Source of the DNA: an uncultured Alphaproteobacteria bacterium
Lineage (GTDB): Bacteria > Pseudomonadota > Alphaproteobacteria > Rs-D84
Reading direction: 5' to 3'
Length of the DNA stretch: 64,000 nt
Assembly (NCBI GenBank): GCA_944392565.1
Contig: CALXWX010000005.1
Location: 2,208-66,207, forward strand
Positions 9,561-18,330 of the stretch are shown one piece after another. The stretch's first letter is position 1, and each line of letters starts with the position of its first letter. A program made the position numbers and the translations under genes. The notes beneath the pieces are model-generated. The model made no database searches. It worked only from the letters and a program-made list of their open reading frames with translations, and had not been told where the DNA came from.

Positions 9561-9908
9561 ATGGGACAATTGGTATCAGATGTAAAAAGTATTTTAGATT
9601 ACAAAGATTCAAAAAAACAGGCAGAAAACACCCGTCAACAAATTTTGTCTGATATGGCGGCAGACGAACGCGAAAAAACAAATCTGGTAAAAAAGGCATT
9701 GGCAACCCAGCGTGCAAAATATGGTGCATCTGGTGCATCCGCACGCAGCATGTCAACAGGTGCTGTTTTAAAGCGATTGCAATCAGAAACAGCCCAGCCA
9801 TACAACGAACGCCGCCGTGCAAATATGAAAAAATTAAAACAGACCCAGGCACAGCGTCCAAACCTGTTGCAAACATTACTGGATAAATTTGACGATTTGG
9901 TCGGATAA
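9561..9908 (+). CDS. putative internal virion protein
   Basis: Helical, ALATQRAKYGASG motif, position after tail tubular B. Confidence 0.6.
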   Translation: MGQLVSDVKSILDYKDSKKQAENTRQQILSDMAADEREKTNLVKKALATQRAKYGASGASARSMSTGAVLKRLQSETAQPYNERRRANMKKLKQTQAQRPNLLQTLLDKFDDLVG

Positions 9909-9920
9909 ACGGGGGATAAA

Positions 9921-10469
9921 ATGTATAAAATATCATATACCGGCGATGGACAAACAACCCAGTATATTTTTGCATTCCCATTTTTCCAGGATGCCGATGT
10001 TCGTGTCGCAATTAATGAATCTGTGCTGGATTCTGCGAATTACGCTGTTGTTGCAAATGATGATTTTGATGGTGGAACCGTGTCATTTTTAACGCCGCCC
10101 GCCAATGGCGCAAAAATAGACATATTCCGTCAAATATCATTATCGCGTGTTATCGATTACCAGCCCACTGCAAAAATAGATCCAGAAAATTTAAATTCCG
10201 ATTTTAATTTCCTGGTCGCGGCATTTCGTGATTTGCGCGAAATAGATATTGATTTAACCGAATGGAAAAATACCCATGATAATGTAATGTCATTCTTGGA
10301 ATATAACCTGGATGTAATCCAAGATAAACTGGGGGGCGGGGCGGTAATGGGACTGTACAATAATCTGGTATCTGTTTTGGAAAATGCATTACCAAAATTA
10401 ATAAATGATTACGGCAGCATCACAGACCCGGCGCCAAATGAAAATCGCGATGATTACGGTGTTTTGTGA
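9921..10469 (+). CDS. short tail-fibre adaptor (T7 gp17 N-terminal domain)
   Basis: YTGDGQTTQYIFAFPFF...V.FLTPPANG...I.IFR...LNSDF. Confidence 0.8.
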   Translation: MYKISYTGDGQTTQYIFAFPFFQDADVRVAINESVLDSANYAVVANDDFDGGTVSFLTPPANGAKIDIFRQISLSRVIDYQPTAKIDPENLNSDFNFLVAAFRDLREIDIDLTEWKNTHDNVMSFLEYNLDVIQDKLGGGAVMGLYNNLVSVLENALPKLINDYGSITDPAPNENRDDYGVL

Positions 10470-11055
10470 TTTCCTGGATGAATGGAATAATATCCTGGGG
10501 CTGTCTACACCGGCACATCATCGGCGCATAATGGAATTTTTGGTATCAATATGGGAAACAGAACCGCATCGTGGATTATTAATGGCATTTCGACATTCTG
10601 GTAAATCAACAGTTGTTGGTATATTTGCGGCATGTATTTTATACATGTACCCAGAAACCAGAATTTTAATATTGTCCGCAGAAAACAGCCTGGCAATGCG
10701 CATGGTGTCACATATTCGCCACATATTGGAAAATCATCCGCGATGTACAAATCTGATTCCGAAAAACAAAAAAGAATGGGCAAATGGTCGCATAACTATA
10801 AATCGCCCCATTGGCATTCGTGAACCGTCTGTTGTATGCCAGGGTATTCATGGTAACATCACTGGCATGCGTGCGGATTTGATTATTTGTGATGATATAG
10901 AGGTTCCAAATACATCAAACACCGCCCAAAAACGCGCCACATTACGGGAACGATTGCATGAATTGGATTTTATTTTATCGCCAACCGGCACAATGATTTA
11001 TATTGGCACACCGCATACAATGGATACAATTTACAGAACACATGATGATATTTAG
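10450..11055 (+). CDS. terL: terminase large subunit, N-terminal ATPase half
   Basis: Walker A AFRHSGKST, Walker B LIICDDIE, coupling motif YIGTP, then a stop 13 codons later. Confidence 0.85.
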   Translation: MITVFCDFLDEWNNILGLSTPAHHRRIMEFLVSIWETEPHRGLLMAFRHSGKSTVVGIFAACILYMYPETRILILSAENSLAMRMVSHIRHILENHPRCTNLIPKNKKEWANGRITINRPIGIREPSVVCQGIHGNITGMRADLIICDDIEVPNTSNTAQKRATLRERLHELDFILSPTGTMIYIGTPHTMDTIYRTHDDI

Positions 11056-11732
11056 ATAGATGTTGGTGCATCTGGGGCATTATCTGTATCAATTGGTTTC
11101 ATTGTCGTAATAAATGAACGCAATTTTTCCAACAGTTCTGTACCCGCATCCCCAAACATCGGCAGATATGTTTCATATTCTGGCATGTCTGCCTGTAATT
11201 GTGCGCGTGCGCGTTCAGACAATGGCTGGTTCAGCATATCACTGGCAACCTTCCATAAATAATACGCACGATATGTTTTTGTAACGATTGACCATTTTTC
11301 CAACAGATCTGGTCGTGCAGATAACGCCGCACGTATTGCAACAATCCACTGGTCGCCAAATTTTTTTATAACATTTAATTGCTGTATTCGGTCCAATCCT
11401 TCTTGGTCGGTGGCAAATGAATTTATCCCAGATTCTAATTCCGCCCATTCATCTGATGTCAGCGGCACCGTTGCAATTGTTTCAGACATCATTCCACCAT
11501 ATGGCAATAATTCGCGTTCAATGGAATCCATTTTGGTTTTCCCACTGCGCAGGTTTTCGATATGCTTTACCAGATTTTTCCCGGTTGGCAATTCGCGCAG
11601 TTCACGCATGATTTCTGGGGTGGCTTCGTCAATAAATACTTGATTAACCGCCGCCCAACCGCCGAATATGACATGTTCCTGGCGATACAGGTTTAACAGT
11701 TTTTGTGCAGTTGTGCTGGCTTTTGCATTCAT
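11052..11732 (-). CDS. hypothetical protein
   Basis: 226-aa ORF with GGGGG SD; stop overlaps the terL-N stop. Confidence 0.75.
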   Translation of the reverse strand: MNAKASTTAQKLLNLYRQEHVIFGGWAAVNQVFIDEATPEIMRELRELPTGKNLVKHIENLRSGKTKMDSIERELLPYGGMMSETIATVPLTSDEWAELESGINSFATDQEGLDRIQQLNVIKKFGDQWIVAIRAALSARPDLLEKWSIVTKTYRAYYLWKVASDMLNQPLSERARAQLQADMPEYETYLPMFGDAGTELLEKLRSFITTMKPIDTDNAPDAPTSI

Positions 11733-11758
11733 TTTTGTTTCCCCCCTGTACAGAAATT

Positions 11759-12766
11759 TTATTCCATAACAATCATGACAACTTTGTGCATGGTTTTGCC
11801 GATAATTTTTTCTTCGGGTGATGCGATTTGCCCGTATACTTTACCTCTGGAATCTTGGCGAACACTGACAATTTGTGCATTTGCAACATCGTTTGAATCC
11901 AATGCATCAAAATCAGCATCGATGCATACCGCCATATCACCAACTGTGGCTGGGGTATCAGCATCGGCAAAAACATATGATTTTTCTGGGATAAAACCGC
12001 CCAACCGTTTTGTATTTGGAATTATGGCGTAAATACCCTTGTGACCTTCCAGTGGCATTGGGGCGACAATCATTGTTTTATCAGATTTTTTAAACGCGAT
12101 TGCTTTTCCCGCCGGCACGCCGAATACAGGCACCAATTTTTTACGCGCACTGTCATATAACTTTGCGCCATACAAACTGCTGTGCATATCAATGCCAGAT
12201 AATGGATTCCCAGGAATTAATACAGATTTAACGCGTTCTTTGACCTTGTTAATCTGTTTATTCAGTTCACCTGATTTATACATGGTTGCAATTTTGTCGA
12301 ACATTTCCGCAACAGTGCAAGAAAATGATTTTGCCAATGGTTCGATTTCATTTTGATATATTTCGCGTTGACCGACTTCTATCTTGTGATATACGGATAA
12401 TGTCATTCCGGCATCTTTTGCCGCCTGGGCGATGGTTTTGCCGGATTGCTGACGAATTTTGCGCAGCCCACTGCCGAATATTTTCAAGCCACTGTCTTCA
12501 TTATCATTTAATCTGCGTTTGATTTCATTTTGCCATTGTCCGGCAACATCGTCAGATTCTTTGATAAAAATATCAGATAATTTGCAACCCAAAATATTGC
12601 AGATATTTAATAATTGTTTTTGGTTTAAACGGCGAACGCCTTTTTCTATTTTAGACACCGCGGACAAAGACAGATTTGCCTGGCGCGCCAATTCGGTCAT
12701 TTTCATGCCATTTGCCAAACGAATATTTCTGATATTATTTGGGAAAATTATTTCTTCTTGGGCCAT
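11759..12766 (-). CDS. tandem XRE-HTH regulator with a degenerate S24-like C-terminal domain
   Basis: Two XRE HTHs (NNIRNIR..SKIEKG; GLRKIR..HKIEVG); VPVFG...IYAI...YVFAD...VGD without the GDSM serine. Confidence 0.75.
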   Translation of the reverse strand: MAQEEIIFPNNIRNIRLANGMKMTELARQANLSLSAVSKIEKGVRRLNQKQLLNICNILGCKLSDIFIKESDDVAGQWQNEIKRRLNDNEDSGLKIFGSGLRKIRQQSGKTIAQAAKDAGMTLSVYHKIEVGQREIYQNEIEPLAKSFSCTVAEMFDKIATMYKSGELNKQINKVKERVKSVLIPGNPLSGIDMHSSLYGAKLYDSARKKLVPVFGVPAGKAIAFKKSDKTMIVAPMPLEGHKGIYAIIPNTKRLGGFIPEKSYVFADADTPATVGDMAVCIDADFDALDSNDVANAQIVSVRQDSRGKVYGQIASPEEKIIGKTMHKVVMIVME

Positions 12767-12836
12767 CGCAAAACTCCTTGTCAATTCTTGACAAAATATT
12801 AGTCAATTTTAAAGAATATGGCAAGCAGAAAATATT

Positions 12837-14396
12837 TTACAACGGCATATCATCTGGGATTGCGTCTGTATCAATTGGGGTTGGTTCAAAGTCTTCATCG
12901 CCGATTTGTGGTGCGCTGGGCTGTTGTTGGGCGGCAAATTCATTTATTCCGCGTGCATCCATTTCGTCCAGATTATCAAACAGACTGTAATCACCAAAGA
13001 ATGCCAAACGAACTGTTTCTGGTCGACCATGACGGTTTTTACCGATTATAACATCAGCTTTGCCGCGTGCGCGTTCCAGACGCTTTTGATAACTTTCGAT
13101 TATTTTATCGTTTGTATTGCCAGAAATACGCTGGGATGGGTCACGGTTTTCCAGATAATATTCTTCGCGATATGTGAACATAACAATATCGGCGTCCTGT
13201 TCAATTGATCCTGATTCACGCAGGTCCGCCAATTGTGGTCGTTTGTCATCGCGGGATTCCACACTGCGCGACAACTGGGACAGGGCGATAACAGGCACAT
13301 CCAATTCCTTGGCCAGCATTTTTAATCCGCGCGTGATTTCGGATATTTCTTGGACACGGTTGTCATTGCGCCGTCCCCCTGGCGATGTCATTAATTGCAG
13401 ATAGTCAATTACGATTAATGCAATTCCGCCGCACTTACGCGCCAGACGCCGTGCGCGTGTTCGTATCATTGGTACCGACATTCCCGGGGTATCATCAATA
13501 TATAATGGTACCTTGCCAATTGCGGATGAATATTGGGACATTTTTAAAAAGTCTTCATCAGTCAATGAACCTTCGCGCATGGCAGATGCGGGGATTTTGG
13601 ATTGTGATGATAACACGCGCGCCGCCAATTGCGATGCCGACATTTCCAGACTGAAAAATGCAACTGCGCCCTTGTACTTTTCATTTGCGCGTCCGTATAA
13701 AATTGCATTTGCGGCATTAAATGCAATATTCATTGCCAGTGTCGTTTTACCCATTGCGGGACGACCGGCAATGATAATTAAATCAGAATGGTGCAATCCA
13801 CTGATTGATTTATCCAATGCATTTAACCCGGTTGTCAAACCGGATAATTTGCCATCTGCCTTGTATGCGATTTCTGCTTCTTGCAGGGCGCTTTGCAACG
13901 CGGTCGCGATTGATGATACTTCGCGTTCTGAAACACCACTGGACGCCATTTCAAACAGTTTCTGTTCGGCGGTTTCGATTTGTGCCGATACCGGATTATC
14001 CAGGTCTTCGACAAATGCGGCATCAGTTATTGATTGCCCCAGATTAATTAATTCGCGCCGCATTGCATTTTCATAAACGATGCGACCGTATTGTTCAACA
14101 TTTACAACGGTTGCACCGGCGCCCGCCAATTGTGTTAAATAATCCACACCGCCAACAGATTCCAGTGTGCCTTGCTGGTCCAGATAATTTTTTGCGGTGA
14201 TAATATCAAATGGAATTCCGGCGGCAAATTGTCTTTGCGCCAATTTGTATATTTCTTGGTGTGCCGGATGTGAAAAATGTTCTGGTTTTAAAAATTCGGA
14301 CACCCGTTCCAACGCGCGGTTATTCATCAGCACCGCCGCCAAGACGGCCTGTTCCGCTTCCAGATTTGTTGGTAATGATTTCGGGGTAAAATCCAT
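12837..14396 (-). CDS. dnaB: replicative DNA helicase
   Basis: P.NLEAEQAVL, IIAGRPAMGKT, FFSLEM, IDYLQL, SQLSR, DLRESGSIEQDAD; start MDFTPK. Confidence 0.96.
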   Translation of the reverse strand: MDFTPKSLPTNLEAEQAVLAAVLMNNRALERVSEFLKPEHFSHPAHQEIYKLAQRQFAAGIPFDIITAKNYLDQQGTLESVGGVDYLTQLAGAGATVVNVEQYGRIVYENAMRRELINLGQSITDAAFVEDLDNPVSAQIETAEQKLFEMASSGVSEREVSSIATALQSALQEAEIAYKADGKLSGLTTGLNALDKSISGLHHSDLIIIAGRPAMGKTTLAMNIAFNAANAILYGRANEKYKGAVAFFSLEMSASQLAARVLSSQSKIPASAMREGSLTDEDFLKMSQYSSAIGKVPLYIDDTPGMSVPMIRTRARRLARKCGGIALIVIDYLQLMTSPGGRRNDNRVQEISEITRGLKMLAKELDVPVIALSQLSRSVESRDDKRPQLADLRESGSIEQDADIVMFTYREEYYLENRDPSQRISGNTNDKIIESYQKRLERARGKADVIIGKNRHGRPETVRLAFFGDYSLFDNLDEMDARGINEFAAQQQPSAPQIGDEDFEPTPIDTDAIPDDMPL

Positions 14397-15243
14397 GTCA
14401 AATATGGTATATAAAAATTTCAGTTTTTCAACGCCTTTTTTGCGCGGATATCGTGAATTAAAAATTCCCGTGATTTCTGGGGATGGTACGCCCGCATGGC
14501 CCGAAATGTTCCCCGTTTCGCGTATTGATGAAATGCGCCATGCCGTGGGCGCACGATATTTTTCCGCGCAAATGATGCTGGAATTCGTTGCGCCTGAACG
14601 CGCCCGCCTGGACCCAGATGCATTGCACCTGTATGACGATGCGTTCGATATGCGCACTGCGCGTATTGGTGAATATCTGGTGACTGGTGCTGTGGCATAT
14701 TGGGACCCATCAACCGGTCGCCAGAAATCAGATGCCAGTGTATGCGTGCTGGTCTATCGTGATGACAACAACCGGCATCTGTTTATTCATGACGCAGTGT
14801 ATTTGACTGTTTCGGACAGTGAATTGCACCCACTGGCGCGCCAGTGTGAAATGGTATTGGAATTTTTATTGCGCCACGGACTGCATCGGGTATGCATTGA
14901 AACAAATGGCATCGGCAACGCATTGCCAGAAATCATGCGCGATGTTGCGCGGCGACAAAATGTTTCGGTCAATATTCAAAACATCGCAAATCATACAAAG
15001 AAAGAAACCAGAATCCTGGACGCAATTGAACCCGTGTTGACCACAGGGCGGCTGCATGCGCATCGGCGTATCCAGTCAACCCCCCTGATTGCAGAAATGT
15101 TGGGTTGGTCGCCATTGGGTGGGGTGGGGCACGATGACGGACTGGACGCGGTTGCCGGCGCGATATGCGCGGCGCCTGTGCCAGTGCGACCACTGGGTCA
15201 AATCATCCGCCCATTTACGGCAAACACAGAATTTAAAATCTAA
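14395..15243 (+). CDS. terL: terminase large subunit, C-terminal RNase H-like nuclease half
   Basis: WPEMFP, FSAQMML, WDPS...SDAS, IETNGIG, KETRI, HDDGLDA; GGGG SD before ATG 14395. Confidence 0.82.
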   Translation: MSNMVYKNFSFSTPFLRGYRELKIPVISGDGTPAWPEMFPVSRIDEMRHAVGARYFSAQMMLEFVAPERARLDPDALHLYDDAFDMRTARIGEYLVTGAVAYWDPSTGRQKSDASVCVLVYRDDNNRHLFIHDAVYLTVSDSELHPLARQCEMVLEFLLRHGLHRVCIETNGIGNALPEIMRDVARRQNVSVNIQNIANHTKKETRILDAIEPVLTTGRLHAHRRIQSTPLIAEMLGWSPLGGVGHDDGLDAVAGAICAAPVPVRPLGQIIRPFTANTEFKI

Positions 15244-15261
15244 CCATATGGAGGAAAAATC

Positions 15262-16485
15262 ATGCACAAGAATTTACAACACATGTATCGGCGCGCACTG
15301 GATTTGCGTGCGCCATGGATAAATCGTTGGGATTGCGCCATGCGCTATACCATGCCAACCGCAGACGATGACGCCGCCATGATGTTTGATGCGACCGCCG
15401 CGGACGCCGCCGATAATCTGGCGGCGTCAATTTATTCATTACTGACACCCCCAGAATCACTGTGGATTTCATTGGTTCCCGAAAGTGCCGCGTCCCCCGA
15501 TGCAACCGCGGCAACAATGGCATTGCGGGCAAACCTGAACGATTCTAATTTTTATACAACAATTCACCAGTGCTATATGGACTTGATAATTCTGGGTACG
15601 GCGTGTCTTTTTATGGCTGAAAACCCGATTGGTGCGGCGTCCGCATTTTCATTCACGGCAATTCCGATGCGCGACATCGCGGTTTTAAATGGCGCTGTAT
15701 TTCATATGGCAACGATGCCGGCGCGCGAAGTAATGGAAAAGTATCCATCTTGGACGCCACCGTCAAATTTACGCGATGCGATAAAGAACGACCCAGAAAC
15801 ACCATTGCGATTGGTACAAAGCCTGGTGGGTACAGAATTTACAGCATGGTTGGATGTTGGTGGTGATATAGAAAACAATATCGTGTCAACCGGCAAATTT
15901 GAAACGAACCCGTACATCATATTCCGCTGGGCGGTGGCCAGTGGGGAACAGTACGGTCGTGGACCGGTCTTGCGCGCATTACCCGATATAAAAACCGCGA
16001 ACAAGGTTGTTGAACTGGTGCTGAAAAACGCAACTATTGCGGTTTCTGGCATATGGCAGGCGGACGATGATGGCGTTATAAATCTGTCGAATATAAATCT
16101 GACCCCGGGGGCAATAATACCAAAGGCAGTTGGTTCGTCTGGTTTGACCCCGCTGGCATCTGGGGCGAATTTTGATGTGTCCCAGATTGTACTGAAAGAT
16201 TTGCGTGAACGGATTCGTCATGCATTACTGGCGGACAGATTGGGGCTGTTAAGTGAAAAAGAAATGACCGCAACGGAAATCATGGCGCGCAATGCCGATA
16301 TGATGCGTATTCTGGGGGCGACATATGGGCGTCTGTTGCATGAATTTATTCGCCCGCTGGTGGAACGTGGATTACAGATTTTATCGCGCCGTGGGGTGAT
16401 TGATAAAATATCGCTGCACAGTGATGCAGAATTAAAATACATTGCGCCAATTGCACAGATGGCAATCGAAGAAACAATAATTTGA
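15262..16485 (+). CDS. portal (head-tail connector) protein, T7/BPP-1 type
   Basis: FDATA..AADNLAASI..LLTP, GTAC, RW..ASGEQYGRGP...ALPDIK, MTATEI..R. Confidence 0.9.
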   Translation: MHKNLQHMYRRALDLRAPWINRWDCAMRYTMPTADDDAAMMFDATAADAADNLAASIYSLLTPPESLWISLVPESAASPDATAATMALRANLNDSNFYTTIHQCYMDLIILGTACLFMAENPIGAASAFSFTAIPMRDIAVLNGAVFHMATMPAREVMEKYPSWTPPSNLRDAIKNDPETPLRLVQSLVGTEFTAWLDVGGDIENNIVSTGKFETNPYIIFRWAVASGEQYGRGPVLRALPDIKTANKVVELVLKNATIAVSGIWQADDDGVINLSNINLTPGAIIPKAVGSSGLTPLASGANFDVSQIVLKDLRERIRHALLADRLGLLSEKEMTATEIMARNADMMRILGATYGRLLHEFIRPLVERGLQILSRRGVIDKISLHSDAELKYIAPIAQMAIEETII

Positions 16486-16497
16486 TGGGGGATTTTT

Positions 16498-16689
16498 ATG
16501 AAAGAACTGGAACAAAATTATACACGAACATTTTCAACATCCGCCGGGGCGGTGGTGCTGAAACATTTGCGACGAATAACGATAGAACGCGTTCTGGGAC
16601 CAGATGCCACCGACGCACAATTGCGCGGACTGGAAGCCCAACGCGCCCTGGTTCACCAGATTGAAAGCATGATTGAACGGGGTAAGTAA
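16498..16689 (+). CDS. Bbp19-like phage protein
   Basis: YTRTFSTSAGAVVLKHLR...EAQRALVHQI directly after the portal. Confidence 0.7.
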   Translation: MKELEQNYTRTFSTSAGAVVLKHLRRITIERVLGPDATDAQLRGLEAQRALVHQIESMIERGK

Positions 16690-16690
16690 G

Positions 16691-16951
16691 ATGACAACAC
16701 AAACCAGTGCGGCAATGGGGATACTGGATTTTTTGCGGAACAGTTGGTTTCTGATTGCATTTATCGCCGGCATGATATACTGGGTCGCACGCCAAGATTC
16801 ATCATTGGCAGAATTGGACCGCACGGATCATCGCCTGACGGCACTAGAAAATCGAACAACAATCTTGGAAACTGGTATCGGACAATTACAGATAAAAATC
16901 GACACAATTCGTGAAGATGTCGCCTTGATAAAAACCGCCGTGATACAATAA
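16691..16951 (+). CDS. single-TM coiled-coil protein (holin/XhlA-like)
   Basis: N-terminal TM then heptad coiled coil; last gene of the packaging operon. Confidence 0.55.
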   Translation: MTTQTSAAMGILDFLRNSWFLIAFIAGMIYWVARQDSSLAELDRTDHRLTALENRTTILETGIGQLQIKIDTIREDVALIKTAVIQ

Positions 16952-16997
16952 AAACAGAATATTGTTCCACAACAATCGCATTAACATCACACACCTC

Positions 16998-17108
16998 TGT
17001 CATTGCGAGAGAAACGAAGCAATCCAGTAAATTATGCACGCACGCAAGTGCGTGCGACTTTATTATTCACTGGATCGCCACGGTCGCGGGTGCCCCATCG
17101 CGATGACA
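16998..17108. repeat. REP/RPE-like palindromic element
   Basis: tgtcattgcgag...gcaatccag...ctggatcgcc...cgcgatgaca; related copies at 37.7-38.3 kb. Confidence 0.75.
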
Positions 17109-17186
17109 AAAATGGGTATCTGCTGAACCCGCGATAACAAGGATGACGCGATAAAAAACGCCCCGTTTCGGGGCGTTTTTCTGGAT

Positions 17187-17333
17187 TTAGCAACCTGTTG
17201 CGGCGCCAATCCATTTAGAAATAGAAATATCCTTGTGCAGCAAGAAATCGTATTCACAATTGCCTTGTTTATATGAACCTGTGCATGCAGCCAATGTCAA
17301 AACTGCAAACAATGCCAACATAACTTTTTTCAT
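17187..17333 (-). CDS. YhfL/DUF4223-like small lipoprotein (48 aa, missed by the ORF track)
   Basis: MKKVMLALFAVLTLAACTGSYKQGNCEYDFLLHKDISISKWIGAATGC; lipobox, AAGGAG SD. Confidence 0.75.
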   Translation of the reverse strand: MKKVMLALFAVLTLAACTGSYKQGNCEYDFLLHKDISISKWIGAATGC

Positions 17334-17402
17334 ATGATTCTCCTTTTGCTTGAAAAAACTACATACTGATTATACATGAAAACACCAGATATGCAAGTCG
17401 CA

Positions 17403-17744
17403 TTATATCACGCCCCGAATCCATCGGATTTTATGTGGCATAACAACGATTGCGTCAAACCGTGCATCGCCCGTCCAGTGTGTTTGCACAATATATGTTT
17501 CTGCCGCCCGGCGCAGACGCGCCGCCTGGGGTCTGGTGATTGCACAGATACCAGTGGTTATATCTGGACGATATTTAACCTCTACAAACACCATCAAATC
17601 CCCACGGCATGCAATGATGTCAATTTCGGCGCGCCCAGTATTACGCCCGGTCATGTACCGGGATTTTACAATACGAAATCCATGCAGACGCAAATACATC
17701 CGCGCAATAAATTCCGAAACCAGACCTGTTTTATAAGAATTCAT
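17403..17744 (-). CDS. yraN: YraN family nuclease-like protein
   Basis: G..SE..A..YL...GFRI, EIDII, VFVEVK, RFDAI. Confidence 0.88.
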   Translation of the reverse strand: MNSYKTGLVSEFIARMYLRLHGFRIVKSRYMTGRNTGRAEIDIIACRGDLMVFVEVKYRPDITTGICAITRPQAARLRRAAETYIVQTHWTGDARFDAIVVMPHKIRWIRGVI

Positions 17745-17827
17745 TCCAGAACCATTATATAACAGGTTTATATATTCAAACAATCAGAAAACTGGGCAAA
17801 TAAAATAAAAAATGAAGGAGGCTCCCT

Positions 17828-18316
17828 TTGTCCAGACAAATACAAATTCGCCGCGGCAGTGCCACGGAACACGACACATTTATCGGCGCAATTGGTGAAA
17901 TAACAATGGATACAACGAACAATACATTGCGCGTACACGACGGCGAAACCGCCGGCGGCACAATACTGGCACGGCAAAGCGAATTACCACCCGCAACGGC
18001 AGATTATGTAATTGAAACCCAAATACCAACCGCCGAAAACGATTACACATGGTATCGAAAATATAAATCCGGCTGGGTCGAGCAGGGCGGTCGCACCACC
18101 AGCCAGACAATAACATTCCCAATAACAATGCAGACAGTAAACTATGCAATCAGCCTGTGTGGGGAATGCCAGACAACAAATAATAATATAACTGTTCTGG
18201 GTGTTCGTAATATAACGACAACCGGATTCACAGTCCAGGGCAATATTGTGAATAATGCCAGCCAATCCAGTGGTTCCAACACCAGCAGAAAATATTGGCG
18301 CATTTCAGGAATTTAA
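17828..18316 (+). CDS. Mtd_N-domain receptor-binding protein with gp53-like C-terminus
   Basis: IQIRRGS..EH..F.GAIGEITMDT....LRVHDG.TAGG; WYRKYKSGWVEQGG; GAAGGAGG SD before TTG. Confidence 0.8.
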   Translation: MSRQIQIRRGSATEHDTFIGAIGEITMDTTNNTLRVHDGETAGGTILARQSELPPATADYVIETQIPTAENDYTWYRKYKSGWVEQGGRTTSQTITFPITMQTVNYAISLCGECQTTNNNITVLGVRNITTTGFTVQGNIVNNASQSSGSNTSRKYWRISGI

Positions 18317-18330
18317 TAAAACCCGCGTTT

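Noticed and set aside
14197-14394. N-terminal extension of terL-C in the ORF track
   Set aside because: Antisense shadow of the dnaB 5' end; terminase similarity starts after 14395.
11056-14394. Intron, intein or excisable element interrupting terL
   Set aside because: No flanking repeats, recombinase or intron motifs seen; the insert holds ordinary opposite-strand genes including dnaB.
12837-14396. dnaB as a phage replication gene
   Set aside because: Full-length cellular-type DnaB with no neighbouring phage replication genes; needs confirmation that it is the only genomic copy.
14397-14657. 87-aa N-terminal extension of DnaB in the ORF track
   Set aside because: It is the antisense of terL-C; DnaB homology begins at MDFTPK (14396).
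17828-18316. Diversity-generating retroelement target
   Set aside because: No template repeat or reverse transcriptase is visible in the window.
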